From positions 1 through 64,000 of IMG/VR virus record IMGVR_UViG_3300032138_000008: 64,000 bases of DNA; one strand, written 5' to 3'. The first letter of the stretch is position 1. Each line of letters begins with the position of its first letter. Positions 1 through 11,244 of this stretch are shown here, piece by piece. The stretch is from a virus (taxonomy: Duplodnaviria; Caudoviricetes). Below the pieces are notes generated by a model. It had not been told where the DNA came from and did no database searches. It saw only the letters and a list, made by a program, of their open reading frames with translations. The position numbers and the translations under genes are program-made.

Positions 1-1377
1 CAAAAATGGATCATCAAACCTAAGTTTGAAACCCCGATGCTCAATTTTAACGACTCAGGTTCACATCCCATTAGCGATGCGGAAGGTACCCTCACTCTCC
101 CCGTCTTTGCATCAGCCTCCGTCCCCCGTGGAATGTGGCATCAGTTTGGAACTATTCCCGACTCTACAGAAAAGGGTGTTTTTGTGGAAATAGGCGATAT
201 TCCCCCTACGTGGCTACAACATCATTGGAAAGTGGTAAACGTCGATAGCCTATACAACAATAATTCAGCAAATGCTTTAGGACCCCAGATGTACACCAAA
301 TATCAATCGCTATCTAAACTAGTAGGATTTGATAGAACAGAAAGCAATATACGCCTAGGAGAGCTAGCCGAGAGTCGCACCATTAAAGAGGGTGTCGTGG
401 CGATTCCTTATATCGTTGAGAGCGTAGAAAAGCCCCAAGATGTGTCCGGTGATCTATTGTTCGAACGCAAGAAGTTTATTGAGATCCCCAAGCAGCGCTA
501 TGAAGCTGCTGTATCTTTTGCACAAGGCACTGCCGGCGGTGATTCGCTACAAGCGGCAGGACCCTCAATAAGAAAACTTATTCAGAGCATGAAGAATTTC
601 GTGCTACCTCCACAGTTTGATTTCATCAACAATCCCACTGTTAAGCCTATTGTTATGTACATCTTTGAATTTGAATACAAGTTTGATAGAGACGATCTAT
701 CTTATATGTGGCAGAATCTCGCACCTCGCAAGTCTCGCACAATGAAGCTGGAGAAGTCTTCAATTTCTCACAACCTCATGGATCTTGAATTGCTGAACGA
801 AGACAACATCATGGACAACGCCAATCTGCGATGGATGGTTTTTAAGGTGAAGCAGAAAGCACAAACCGATTACTACGATTTGGTTCCGAAGCAAGCCGGC
901 GGCGCGGAAGCTCCTCCCAAAGCATCGAGAGCCGCAAATCAGGGCATAGACTCTACTTATGAAGTAGGATATAATTGGCCTTACGATTATCTCTCTTTCG
1001 TGGAAAAAATCAAAATGGATGCACAAGTCCTCTACAAATCGGACGAACCCACAGCAGCAACACCGAGCGGACCAGAAGGCGGCGGAATGCCCCTTGAAGG
1101 CACACCAGAAGCATTTACAGGGGAAGTCATCGGCGGCACATTTGGCGGCGGTGGAATCGGCGGTGGAGGCGCCACACCAACCCCCGGCGCCGAGAACCCA
1201 GGACGCTCACCGACCCGAACTCCGACAAGAGAGCGGACTGAACGTCGCGATCCCGAACCCCGAAGAGAACGACCGACTCGTACACGCCGTGCGCCTCGTC
1301 GCCGGCCTGAGCCCGGACGCGGACGCGGCGGTGGTGATGAAGGCGGCGGTGGTGATGGCGGAGGCTATGGAGGATAA
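1..1377 (+). CDS. C-terminal part of a large virion/baseplate-associated protein (5'-truncated), with a disordered Pro/Arg/Gly-rich tail
   Basis: Frame is open from base 1 (QKWIIKPKFETPMLNF...) to TAA at 1375-1377; first gene of a run of large structural-type ORFs; ends ...RRRPEPGRGRGGGDEGGGGDGGGYGG. Confidence 0.5.
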   Translation, partial: QKWIIKPKFETPMLNFNDSGSHPISDAEGTLTLPVFASASVPRGMWHQFGTIPDSTEKGVFVEIGDIPPTWLQHHWKVVNVDSLYNNNSANALGPQMYTKYQSLSKLVGFDRTESNIRLGELAESRTIKEGVVAIPYIVESVEKPQDVSGDLLFERKKFIEIPKQRYEAAVSFAQGTAGGDSLQAAGPSIRKLIQSMKNFVLPPQFDFINNPTVKPIVMYIFEFEYKFDRDDLSYMWQNLAPRKSRTMKLEKSSISHNLMDLELLNEDNIMDNANLRWMVFKVKQKAQTDYYDLVPKQAGGAEAPPKASRAANQGIDSTYEVGYNWPYDYLSFVEKIKMDAQVLYKSDEPTAATPSGPEGGGMPLEGTPEAFTGEVIGGTFGGGGIGGGGATPTPGAENPGRSPTRTPTRERTERRDPEPRRERPTRTRRAPRRRPEPGRGRGGGDEGGGGDGGGYGG

Positions 1378-1380
1378 TCA

Positions 1381-2931
1381 ATGGCTAAATTTCTAAACAA
1401 GAAAGAACAAGTATTCGACTTAAAGCTGACCTCCTATGGTAATTACCTTTTGTCTCAAGGCAACTTTAAGCCCGTTTATTATGCGTTTTATGATGACAAT
1501 GTTGTATATGACATTCAGCATGCTGCTGGTAAAGATGGAACGGGAACCTTGGTTACTCCTCCAAAAGAATTACAAAATGATATCCAGCGCAGAATCAAGG
1601 ATGAGACTGCCTATATTGAAAGCTTTGTGCTGTTTGAAGAAGTCGAACGCCAAGCACCTTTGCAGACGCATGCAGAGGAAACTCACGGAGTGACTGAATT
1701 GGACGCCGCGCTCTACGGTCAATCCTTCGAACTGGGCGCCTTGAGTGCCGAAGAAGCCGCGGTAACCCAGGCCACCTACGCCAACATGGCGAACGTTCAA
1801 ATGACAAGAGGCTATAGTGGCATTTTTGCTGCCGATTACAATCCGACTCAAGAAGAACCACGTAAAGATTTCTTTAAATTTAACGCAATGATTGGCGATG
1901 CATACCTTGATGGAGATACGCAAGCGGCACCGGCATGGAAGATTGTCACGTTCCAAGGACAAATCAGTTCCTCAGCGACTGAAGATTTAAAAAATCGAGT
2001 GAAAATCCCGCAGATTGATATCGATTTAAAATATGTCAAAGAGGTCCATGATTATAACTTTATAGATACAGCCGATCCTGATAGTATTCAACAGTTGGCA
2101 AGCACTACTCAAGCTTTTAAAGATAATAAAATAATTGCATTAAGGCTTAATGACGCCGTGGTATATGCCGACGAAGTGAATACAGAACTGCTAACAGAGA
2201 ATTTTGAGATTGAAGTTTTTGAAGTCGGAGAATATACAGGGGTGCAAGCAACAGGAAGTATTGAATTCAACTCTTTACCCTCCAATGGGGACACCATTAC
2301 TATTAATGATGGAATTAGTGCGCAAACCTTTACTTTTGAAACAACGACCTCTGGCGATGATACTGATGTAGAGATTCAGTCCACTACAATAGATCAAGCA
2401 GATGCCTTTGTTAACGTGTTCAGTGGCAACCCCCAAACGAATCCGCCACTCGCCGGCGTATTTGCCTCCACAATGACAGCAGAAATTGTTCGAAACCCTA
2501 ATGATGGCGACCAGCCAACACGAGTCATTCTGACTAATAATAAATTTGGACCCTATTACAATATTGGTATTTCTACAGATAACGCCACTGCGTTTACTAT
2601 TCAAGGTATGGACGGCGGGGTTGATGGCAACAATGTGATGAAACGAAAGTTTTTTGAAAAACGAATTCCTCAAGTTCAAGATGGGTTGATGGTTTCGGAA
2701 AGACCGCCCGAAACAAGCGTGACGAGTTTAACTACATCGAGCGTAGAATATTATTTTGATGTTTTGACTGATTATGAAGTCGATCAAAGGGTGGCCTGCA
2801 AAGGGTCCGAGATCTATAATAAAGAATCTTATTATATTGATCTAGACTTTGAGTGTGAAGATGAAGCGAGCGATTTAGTTTATAATGATATTTACGGTAG
2901 AGTAACGGAGCCTGAAGTATGTCTGGATTAG
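1381..2931 (+). CDS. Putative baseplate/tail-fibre-attachment protein (516 aa)
   Basis: N-terminus FLNKKEQVFDLKLTSYGNYLLSQGNFKPVYYAFYDDNVVY shares the LTxxG...GxF...AxxDDxxxY pattern with ORFs 10120 and 11245. Confidence 0.5.
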   Translation: MAKFLNKKEQVFDLKLTSYGNYLLSQGNFKPVYYAFYDDNVVYDIQHAAGKDGTGTLVTPPKELQNDIQRRIKDETAYIESFVLFEEVERQAPLQTHAEETHGVTELDAALYGQSFELGALSAEEAAVTQATYANMANVQMTRGYSGIFAADYNPTQEEPRKDFFKFNAMIGDAYLDGDTQAAPAWKIVTFQGQISSSATEDLKNRVKIPQIDIDLKYVKEVHDYNFIDTADPDSIQQLASTTQAFKDNKIIALRLNDAVVYADEVNTELLTENFEIEVFEVGEYTGVQATGSIEFNSLPSNGDTITINDGISAQTFTFETTTSGDDTDVEIQSTTIDQADAFVNVFSGNPQTNPPLAGVFASTMTAEIVRNPNDGDQPTRVILTNNKFGPYYNIGISTDNATAFTIQGMDGGVDGNNVMKRKFFEKRIPQVQDGLMVSERPPETSVTSLTTSSVEYYFDVLTDYEVDQRVACKGSEIYNKESYYIDLDFECEDEASDLVYNDIYGRVTEPEVCLD

Positions 2932-5648
2932 TATACACTGGAGACGCAGTAAAAGCATTCGGCAAGTTTATGCCGTCGCTTGTTATTGAAAAGGTCTATA
3001 TCTACGATAGCTCCCTTAAAGTACGCACAGCTATCTATTTACCCTCTTCAACGGATGAAGCACCAAGTGACGAATACTTGAATGCTCTCGAAAGCAGCTT
3101 AAACTTTTATGGTGTAATGGTTTTTGACGCGTCTAATGTAAACGCAATAATTAATGGCTCCACAACAATTTTATCATCTATTGTCAACAACGCCGAGCTT
3201 ATCACTGATGATGCAACCTTCCCTGTGCATTCCAATTTTGAGCAAATAATTCCGAATTTAACCAATACAGAGCCCGAAATTGTTTATGACAACTCAGAAA
3301 ACATGTTATTTAAATATTCTTTTGAGACCGATATTTACCCTCTCCATACTGCAGAAACCTTTAACAGTCGACTCCGGAGCATGAGTCAAAATACCTTACT
3401 TAAATACGGGACACTATGCTGTTTTGCCACCACTTACGATTTGTCTGAGACTACGAAGTGGATAGAGAGTTTTAATAATCTTGTCAGTACGACCAACGAC
3501 CCCTTGGTCGGACACCCTATATATTTGCCTGATGCGCCCACGGCCCTTATAAAACGAAATATTGGCGATGTGACTTATGAAAACGTTTTTATTAACGGTG
3601 CCCTTAACGAGGATTCTTTAGTAGCCTATACCACTCCCACGGGCGAGTTCTATACTGGACCGGTCCTGAAATCATTAGACGGTACAGATTATGAAGCCGG
3701 CAACATTAAACCGTCCGATATTCAAGCGTCTATGCGCGGGCTTTTAGACCAATATAGTCCTACTGATGTAGAAACCGAAGTAGAATTGGCCGGAGTCGCA
3801 AACAGCGTTTCTTACATTGCTCAGACTGGCGCCAATAATTCACTTGTAGTATCTGAATTAAATAAAGTAAGAAAGTCGTTTCCTAAGCGCGGCGGAGCCA
3901 CCAAGACCGGCCGGTTTTATAACGACTTAAGCACAACCTTATCATCTATTAATACGAAAATACAATCAAATGCCAAATTAAAGAAAGTATTGTATAAAAA
4001 CGCCAAACTCGTAGATGCGAGAACTTTTGGAACTTTAAACGTAGGATGGGTGGCACCAGAAACAAACGCAGAATTGCAGGAAGAAGTGATCTACAGTGAT
4101 CTGTTCATTACTAGAGAAATTTATAAAATCCCCGAACAATGGGACACTGAAAATGCTGACGCTTTAAATTGGGGCTATTTCTTTTTTGATATGGAGAAAG
4201 TTCTTCATCGTGATACCTACATTGCTGAATTTTTAGATGTAGCTAAAGTAGATAAGCTTTTTGGAACAGGGCTAATAAACTCCTCAGTTAAACTCTCTGC
4301 TCTCAAACTTGAGAAGAAAGATGAAACACAAATTGAAGAAGCATCGGGTTTTATAGAATTGGGCAATTTGATGACGTTTGTAAAGTTTAATATAGATTAC
4401 GCTGCAGATACTGTTTCTACTGTTGAAGACAACCATTGGCCTAAAGTAGCAGATGCCACATATGCCTCCGACCCCGGCCAAGGAACTAGTGGAATAGCCT
4501 ATGACTCTTATGGAGAAGTATCTCAAGGATATGGCGGGGGGACTGATTATTCATACGTCGCTTTACGCGCCATACAACTGACTCAAGAGCAAGGACTTTA
4601 TAGCCAAGAACTTGGCCACGATTACCGCTTAATGGGATTTGAATTCCAGGATTATTATGAAACAATGTTTTTAAATGGCGATCCTGATGAACTGGTTGGC
4701 ACCGCAGGCCGTGAGTACGAGGTAGAAATTAAGGTATGGGACTACTCAGCACAGACGCTTTATGAACTCAATCAAAACATTCAGGATCTTTTGCCAATTT
4801 TTCAAGATTATCGAGATGTGGCAGCAGACTATTGCAACTATAATGATGAAGGAGGGTATTTTAATTCCTTTTTTGAAGATTCGATGGCTTCTACTTATGG
4901 GGGCAATTTGTCCCAAGCTCCCTGGATACTGGTCCCCATGACATTCGCAATGTATGTGGACTTATTAGACAATACAGCTAGCAAGCCAATAGAACAGCTC
5001 ATCGAAGACGCTTCTCTCATCTCGGAAAAAATTAGCCCCTCATTAGGCAGCTTAGAAGAAATAGAACGCTTTCAAACACAATTACAAGCTGTAGCAACAG
5101 AATTAGATGCCATTGTTAGAGACGCCCAGATGGGAGGTCAGCAGGAATTTACTTATGGAGTTACCTTAACCTATAATCAAACTTTGGATATCAGCCAGAT
5201 TCCAATTTATATTTCTGCATTGCCGCCGCTGCCTGTAGATCCAAATACCGGCGCACAATTAGAACAGAATCTGTATGACACTCTTAATTTTGAGTTTGGC
5301 GTCAACTTCACCTTCGGCGAGTCGGGCGCTCTGAATGGAGATATCCGACATATTATATATTATCCGCGCCAAGACTCAATTGCAAATAATGATTTCTCTG
5401 CCACTGCGGCCGACTCATATGCCGACATGATATGTGACTTTGTAGAGGAGAATGATAGGGGCATCGGCCACGGGGCCGTCTCCCAATACTTCTGGCGCCA
5501 CCCATCTCGCAACTCCATGGATGCTGTTCAAAAGGGTGATGAGATGGCCTGGGTCACCGTATACGAAAATCCCCTGGGCAAATCCGGACCTTTTGACGGT
5601 AAGGCTTACGTCACAATTAAGTTTTATGAATTTATAGACCCAACTTAG
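2919..5648 (+). CDS. Large hypothetical virion protein (909 aa)
   Basis: Long acidic ORF overlapping the upstream gene within the structural cluster; no motif recognised. Confidence 0.55.
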   Translation: MSGLVYTGDAVKAFGKFMPSLVIEKVYIYDSSLKVRTAIYLPSSTDEAPSDEYLNALESSLNFYGVMVFDASNVNAIINGSTTILSSIVNNAELITDDATFPVHSNFEQIIPNLTNTEPEIVYDNSENMLFKYSFETDIYPLHTAETFNSRLRSMSQNTLLKYGTLCCFATTYDLSETTKWIESFNNLVSTTNDPLVGHPIYLPDAPTALIKRNIGDVTYENVFINGALNEDSLVAYTTPTGEFYTGPVLKSLDGTDYEAGNIKPSDIQASMRGLLDQYSPTDVETEVELAGVANSVSYIAQTGANNSLVVSELNKVRKSFPKRGGATKTGRFYNDLSTTLSSINTKIQSNAKLKKVLYKNAKLVDARTFGTLNVGWVAPETNAELQEEVIYSDLFITREIYKIPEQWDTENADALNWGYFFFDMEKVLHRDTYIAEFLDVAKVDKLFGTGLINSSVKLSALKLEKKDETQIEEASGFIELGNLMTFVKFNIDYAADTVSTVEDNHWPKVADATYASDPGQGTSGIAYDSYGEVSQGYGGGTDYSYVALRAIQLTQEQGLYSQELGHDYRLMGFEFQDYYETMFLNGDPDELVGTAGREYEVEIKVWDYSAQTLYELNQNIQDLLPIFQDYRDVAADYCNYNDEGGYFNSFFEDSMASTYGGNLSQAPWILVPMTFAMYVDLLDNTASKPIEQLIEDASLISEKISPSLGSLEEIERFQTQLQAVATELDAIVRDAQMGGQQEFTYGVTLTYNQTLDISQIPIYISALPPLPVDPNTGAQLEQNLYDTLNFEFGVNFTFGESGALNGDIRHIIYYPRQDSIANNDFSATAADSYADMICDFVEENDRGIGHGAVSQYFWRHPSRNSMDAVQKGDEMAWVTVYENPLGKSGPFDGKAYVTIKFYEFIDPT

Positions 5649-5658
5649 GAGATAACAC

Positions 5659-6234
5659 ATGCCAAGAAATAAAAATATAGCCAGCATTAGATTGCCTAAA
5701 CCCGAACAACAGCTTGCGTTTGTAGAGGGCAAGAGAGAGGAAGTCAATTCCCCTAGTTTCGTGATCAAATCGGCCGGCCGCGCGCTCTTTCGACAAGACG
5801 GCGCTTCACCTGCACCTCCCGAAGCCTCTTTGAACCTATCCGCTTTTAACGTGTTATTTTCTTTAGGGGTCACTTTGGCTAAAGAGAAGAAAAATTATTC
5901 ATTATTGGACGACCAAACCAACACCGAAGTAGTTGAAAATATTGCTATTTTTGATCCGATCTATGCAACTCTTACTAACACGCCTACGGAAGCTAAGGAT
6001 AAATTTTCTAACAATAAAGATCCGTTTTATGAACTAGACGATGCATTGCCGCAAGATGAGAAACGCAGACGAGATAAGATAATCGAAGATAAGCTTACCC
6101 CGCAAGTCCAAGCGATCACTGCTGACATTATTAAATTAAACGTTGAGAACCGCAAGACCCCAACTTTAAAGCAGTTCGCAAATAATCGAGATCATTCCGA
6201 AAAACTAGAAAAGAACAAGAAAAGATTAAAATGA
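5659..6234 (+). CDS. Hypothetical protein (191 aa)
   Basis: GGAG upstream of ATG; fills the gap between neighbours. Confidence 0.55.
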   Translation: MPRNKNIASIRLPKPEQQLAFVEGKREEVNSPSFVIKSAGRALFRQDGASPAPPEASLNLSAFNVLFSLGVTLAKEKKNYSLLDDQTNTEVVENIAIFDPIYATLTNTPTEAKDKFSNNKDPFYELDDALPQDEKRRRDKIIEDKLTPQVQAITADIIKLNVENRKTPTLKQFANNRDHSEKLEKNKKRLK

Positions 6235-6262
6235 ATATTTATAACAAAAGGACAATAAACGG

Positions 6263-7270
6263 ATGAGTACCTATCCAAAATGTTTTCTTCCCCCTTTTAA
6301 TTTTGTAGATTGTCAGGGAATTTCCGTTCCTGTTACAACCGACGAGGGACCGGATGTATCAGTTTGCCTCTCCCAAGGCGGCCAATTAGCTATACCTGGA
6401 CAAGGTAGTGACGAGGGCACCGCTTCGGATTGGTATCAAGCCGGCTACTGTTCTCAAGACTTATATGATTATGCACAAGGCAATCAAGGTAATACCGCCA
6501 CACCGACCAATGAACAACAGGAAGCAATTGCCGAAGAGATCAGAGAAGAAGCCGAATCTGGCGAGCCAGTAACCATCAGCAAAGAGGATGTAAAGGCTTA
6601 TGAAGAGGCCATGGATGCACAACGGTCCGCGTTATTGGCCAACGCTGCTTTACCCGGCAACTATACATGGCTAGCTATAGGCTCGGACACCACACGAGGA
6701 TTAATCAGCGCACCATTGAGTTTTACGTGGGCATCAGTAAACTCAGTCGGCGATGCTAAAATAAATCAACGACTAAGCGCCGGCGAAGTAGCTGTCGCTC
6801 GTCGAACGTTCTTAGACGCCGCCCAACAATACACATTCAACCAAAATGTTCTCACAGAGTACTGGGGGGTTGCGGCCGATGCGGGAAATGCTGACATATC
6901 TGTTTCGTTTGATCTAGATAACCCAAACACCAACTCAAATCGTGGCAGCTACATAGTCACCTACTCCTCTGCTGAAAAACAAAAACTACGAGATCAGTTT
7001 GGTTCTCCCAAAAACTCTACAGCCGAGTCTATCATTGATTCCGCCATAGCTGCAGCAGCAGGAAAATTATCACTTTTTGAAGGACCCCAGCGGTATAAGT
7101 CTAATGCCGTCGAAACTCCCGCATTTACTAACGCCAATCTAAGCGTGCTTACGGGCATGGAGAGTGCGCAAGGAATAGACGTCTCCTTGACTACTACTAA
7201 AACACGGATTTCGGATACCGAAACACAAGTCGAAAGCACCGTAGACTATAAAACCGGAGATATGTACTAA
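6263..7270 (+). CDS. Hypothetical virion protein (335 aa)
   Basis: AAGGA upstream; TAATG coupling to the next gene. Confidence 0.55.
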   Translation: MSTYPKCFLPPFNFVDCQGISVPVTTDEGPDVSVCLSQGGQLAIPGQGSDEGTASDWYQAGYCSQDLYDYAQGNQGNTATPTNEQQEAIAEEIREEAESGEPVTISKEDVKAYEEAMDAQRSALLANAALPGNYTWLAIGSDTTRGLISAPLSFTWASVNSVGDAKINQRLSAGEVAVARRTFLDAAQQYTFNQNVLTEYWGVAADAGNADISVSFDLDNPNTNSNRGSYIVTYSSAEKQKLRDQFGSPKNSTAESIIDSAIAAAAGKLSLFEGPQRYKSNAVETPAFTNANLSVLTGMESAQGIDVSLTTTKTRISDTETQVESTVDYKTGDMY

Positions 7271-10092
7271 TGACAATTTCACTTTCAGACGCGCGCACCA
7301 TTACGTTTTTAGATACCAATCTGCTTTCGGGATCGGGAGAAAAATTCCGTTCAGCTATTGGGTCTTATTGGGATATCAACTCTTCTTCTGCAGAAGGAGA
7401 GGTGCTTGGCTTTGGTGAATCTAACGATGCTTATATCTATAATGGCAATACCGTAACTTATAATCTGCCTTTAGACCCCCGCATGAAGAGTTTCGATTTT
7501 AACATGTCGCTAATGGAAGAACTAGCAGCCTCTGACAACACTTTGGCTCCTGCATATAAATTCCCTGTGAGGATAGTGGGGGAACCTAATGTTATTTCGA
7601 ATGATCTCGATTGGAAAGATATCGTAATGGGGGGCACCTATATGGAAACCCAATACCCCGGCTTTTTTAGCTATGGTACCTATGACTCTACCCGCTTTCA
7701 ATATTATGCGCCTTACGGCAAAAAAGAAGCTAAATTGCTTCGTGGAGCCGACAACTCTAGTCCCGAGCCAAGTTATCAAATTGAAATAGGGTACAATTAT
7801 CAAAATCATATTGAAGAATATGAAGCCAAAGTAGCGACATTGGGAACAGAAACGTTAATTCCTAATCTGTATTTCTTTGAGATCTTTAAAGGACAAAGCG
7901 ATAATCTGGCCGATCCCAACGGGGCCCATTTTGATGTCAACCCATATGTGGTAGATTTTGCTAATCTCGGTATTTTAACGAATGAAGAACTTTCAACGTT
8001 GTATACTCCCGTTATTTCCTCCATTCTACCTCATTTTCAATTAACAATAGATGACCTTACCACCGACACTAATACCGGTATTCCTAACTCTACGGAATAC
8101 ATAGATAAGACTCGCGATATTCGAACATATTTGAGTGCCACCTATGCTCAAGGCAGTGTGCCAGCAAGCGCAGAAACAGAACTGCCTCGCATGCTCACCA
8201 ATATTTTGCTTGATGATAAAGTATTTGAATCGGGCGGACTCATAGAAAACATGGAAGCGGATGCGAGTAAGTTTCCTTACTACATTAAGCTTGCCTTTCC
8301 AATTGACAGCAATACACAACTGAGTGAATCACCCACTGAGGGTAGCTTAAAAGATTCAATTAAGAATAATGATTTCTCGCAAAAATTTATCAAAACCCTC
8401 AAAGAAGCCTTCTTGCAAGAAGCTTCGGACATTCCTATTGAAAATATCGAGATTGTAAGATATGAAGAACACAAAACAGCCGATTGGTCGGCAGATCCCG
8501 GAAAGCAATTAATGGAGAAACGAGTTGCGAATACCACTAGCATGCGCGCAATAGATCTGCCACAGTTCTTGATGAGTTGCTATAACAACTATAATGCCGA
8601 GATACAAGATTGTTATTTCCTTGGAGAAGTCACTGATTTGCGCGCAGCAGCCATGTCCAACGATAACACTCAGAGATATGCAAACACTACTCATACGTTA
8701 GGAGTTTTAGAATATGTCAATACTTTACTTCAAACCACAACTTATGATTACAATGGAGCATTACAGGTAGCAGGAGGGAATTCCCCCCCCAACCTGTTGT
8801 ATAAAACCAATAGCGATGGCAAGCAAGTCGGACTTGAAACTTTAGCATATCGTATTGAAAAACGAGGAGGCTCTCCGAACCCTAGCGGCGACTTATTTGC
8901 TTCAGCACCCCTTCAAAACTATTGGATCTTTAACCCAGAACATGTGTCTGACCCTACCGGCAATAACATGAAGATTTATGATTCTCAAATCAAATATGGA
9001 GTAGACTACTCTTATCAAGTATATGCGTATGTGGCTGTTGTGGGTCAGAAATACCAATATGAAGACTTGAGAATTAGCCGTCAGATAGGACAGGCAGATA
9101 CAGATAGTGACGGCACTCCTGATCAGCACTGCTTGGAGTTTTATGATCCCCAAACCGGAGAAACTGCCGCCCAATTTTATGATGCTGAGTCGACTTTAGA
9201 GGCGGCCCAGCAATATGCTCCTTCTGCCACGGATGCTCATTATATTGGATCGGATGAATACTTAGCCGATTTTAATCTCACATATAGCCCCACTATAAAA
9301 ATTGTGGAAGTTCCACTATATGCAAAAAGCTTAAAAGTTATGGACAATCCTGGCTCACGATTGGATGTGATTCCTTATCAAGTAATGGATGATTCTCAAT
9401 CAATCGGCTTTGTATTAAATTACGAATTCTTTGTTTCGAATCATTTTCCCTTCCCTCTTACGCCGGCCGACGCGCAATCCAAAGTCGATTATGAAAATGC
9501 AAATGATTTTGTTCCCGGCGAGAAGGTTACTTTAGGCACCGTATCCAACGCGCGATATGTACAAATTTATCGCATGAGCACAAAACCAAAGAATCTATCA
9601 GACTTCGCAGATCATTTTTATGATCAAATTGATTTAAGGATCCCAGACTCTAAAGCGACACACAGTGTTACTAATTTTGTTGATAAGATTCAAACCAATT
9701 CTAAATATTATTATCTTTTTAGAGTTTTGAATGAGCACATGCTGCCAAGCCATGTATCAGAAATATATGAAAGCGAGTTAGTGAACGACGGCGGCTATAA
9801 ATATGCCACGTTTAACACCCTGTTTGAACAAGACTTGCAGGAAGAGATCTTTACGCAGCCATCGCGATTTTTTAAGAAACTTATTCACTTAAGACCCAAT
9901 ATCTCGCACCTTGTATTGAATACCGAGGAAGTAGACTTTGCTGACGCAGCCCATTCACAATTAAGTAATTTAAGCGTAGGCGAGGCCGATGACGTCATTT
10001 GGGGCAAAACGTTTAAAATACGCATGACTTCCAAGAAAACCGGCAAAAAAATCGATTTAAACATTACTTACAATTTAGAGAATGAACAATAA
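7270..10092 (+). CDS. Large hypothetical virion/baseplate protein (940 aa)
   Basis: Long ORF coupled to the upstream gene; beta-rich, Tyr-rich composition typical of structural proteins. Confidence 0.55.
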   Translation: MTISLSDARTITFLDTNLLSGSGEKFRSAIGSYWDINSSSAEGEVLGFGESNDAYIYNGNTVTYNLPLDPRMKSFDFNMSLMEELAASDNTLAPAYKFPVRIVGEPNVISNDLDWKDIVMGGTYMETQYPGFFSYGTYDSTRFQYYAPYGKKEAKLLRGADNSSPEPSYQIEIGYNYQNHIEEYEAKVATLGTETLIPNLYFFEIFKGQSDNLADPNGAHFDVNPYVVDFANLGILTNEELSTLYTPVISSILPHFQLTIDDLTTDTNTGIPNSTEYIDKTRDIRTYLSATYAQGSVPASAETELPRMLTNILLDDKVFESGGLIENMEADASKFPYYIKLAFPIDSNTQLSESPTEGSLKDSIKNNDFSQKFIKTLKEAFLQEASDIPIENIEIVRYEEHKTADWSADPGKQLMEKRVANTTSMRAIDLPQFLMSCYNNYNAEIQDCYFLGEVTDLRAAAMSNDNTQRYANTTHTLGVLEYVNTLLQTTTYDYNGALQVAGGNSPPNLLYKTNSDGKQVGLETLAYRIEKRGGSPNPSGDLFASAPLQNYWIFNPEHVSDPTGNNMKIYDSQIKYGVDYSYQVYAYVAVVGQKYQYEDLRISRQIGQADTDSDGTPDQHCLEFYDPQTGETAAQFYDAESTLEAAQQYAPSATDAHYIGSDEYLADFNLTYSPTIKIVEVPLYAKSLKVMDNPGSRLDVIPYQVMDDSQSIGFVLNYEFFVSNHFPFPLTPADAQSKVDYENANDFVPGEKVTLGTVSNARYVQIYRMSTKPKNLSDFADHFYDQIDLRIPDSKATHSVTNFVDKIQTNSKYYYLFRVLNEHMLPSHVSEIYESELVNDGGYKYATFNTLFEQDLQEEIFTQPSRFFKKLIHLRPNISHLVLNTEEVDFADAAHSQLSNLSVGEADDVIWGKTFKIRMTSKKTGKKIDLNITYNLENEQ

Positions 10093-10119
10093 AGCTATGC
10101 GACAAAGTGGAGATAAAAT

Positions 10120-11181
10120 ATGTCTTTTTTAAAAGATGCTGGTACCATCCCGCTTGATGCTATCTTGACCGACAAAGGCCGCAAACGCATGGCTCAAGGT
10201 AAGTTTAAGATTGCTAAATTTGCTATTGGTGATGATGAAATGGACTATACTATTTTAGGAGCATGGCCCGACGCCGAAGGTCGTAGTAACGCACAAGATT
10301 CCAATACTGCTTATGATCGAAAGTCGAGCATGTCGCAAACACCGGAATTGGAAGCGTTGGCAGAGACCAACGCCAATATTAATTATGGGCTCCTGACTTT
10401 CGCTCGGCCTGACTTGATGTATCTTCCTGTTTTAAAGGTTAATGAAAAACAAACGAGTTCTGCTAAAAAATCAGTGGGCTCGGTGTTTGGAGGCGTTTAC
10501 TATCTTTCGGTTAATGACGAAACCACCAAAAAACTACGTAGCGCACTGCCAGATAAGCTCCACGTATTAGAGACAAACGATGCGACTAATGTTAGAATTA
10601 TGATAGAGTCGGGCTTAGAGATACCTCACACGCAACCGGGACTTAATCGTACACCGGCTTATCGCGATGCCTATATCCTGCAAACTAATTTGCTCGACAA
10701 CTCCTACTATATCTACGCCGACCACAGGTTTGTCAAAAATTTATGGGGCCCCCCAATAGGCGCTGTTTTTAAAAACGATACCCAAGATGATGGACGCTCA
10801 AGAGTTAGTTTTGGAGTTTTAGAAAAAAGTATCGCGACGTCACTGCCTACTATATTGGAGTATTTTAATACTTACATGATTAAGGGAGTAGATAATTTGG
10901 TGTTTGCCACTATCGATGGCAACGATCAGAAAGTCTCTTCTATCAATGGCCCCCGCGGGTCCGCTACTGCGCTATCCCTTACCGTCGCTGGTAATCTAAA
11001 AACGCGTTCAGAAGGCACCGCAGACCCCAAATACACAGTTTACGGAACAATTTCTAAGGAACTATTTAGTGATGGAGACTTATATGATTATATCGACACT
11101 ACAGTATATGTAGAGGGTCGTGCATCATCGGCAAGAATTCAATTACCCATAAGAATTACCAGATATTCTGGGACCAGTTAG
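10120..11181 (+). CDS. Baseplate/tail-fibre-attachment protein, paralog A1 (353 aa)
   Basis: N-terminal DAILTDKGRKRMAQGKFKIAKFAIGDD resembles the N-terminal half of the P2 gpH/DUF3751 domain; paralog of 11245 over its full length. Confidence 0.55.
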   Translation: MSFLKDAGTIPLDAILTDKGRKRMAQGKFKIAKFAIGDDEMDYTILGAWPDAEGRSNAQDSNTAYDRKSSMSQTPELEALAETNANINYGLLTFARPDLMYLPVLKVNEKQTSSAKKSVGSVFGGVYYLSVNDETTKKLRSALPDKLHVLETNDATNVRIMIESGLEIPHTQPGLNRTPAYRDAYILQTNLLDNSYYIYADHRFVKNLWGPPIGAVFKNDTQDDGRSRVSFGVLEKSIATSLPTILEYFNTYMIKGVDNLVFATIDGNDQKVSSINGPRGSATALSLTVAGNLKTRSEGTADPKYTVYGTISKELFSDGDLYDYIDTTVYVEGRASSARIQLPIRITRYSGTS

Positions 11182-11217
11182 GGTATAAAATTAATAAAGA
11201 CATTACTTAGAAATGAA

Positions 11218-11226
11218 ACTATTTAT
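11218..11226 (+). promoter_or_regulatory. ACTATTTAT motif, candidate late promoter
   Basis: Intergenic, 27 nt before the ATG at 11245; same motif in most other intergenic gaps. Confidence 0.6.
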
Positions 11227-11244
11227 GAAGAGAGAGGAAAATAA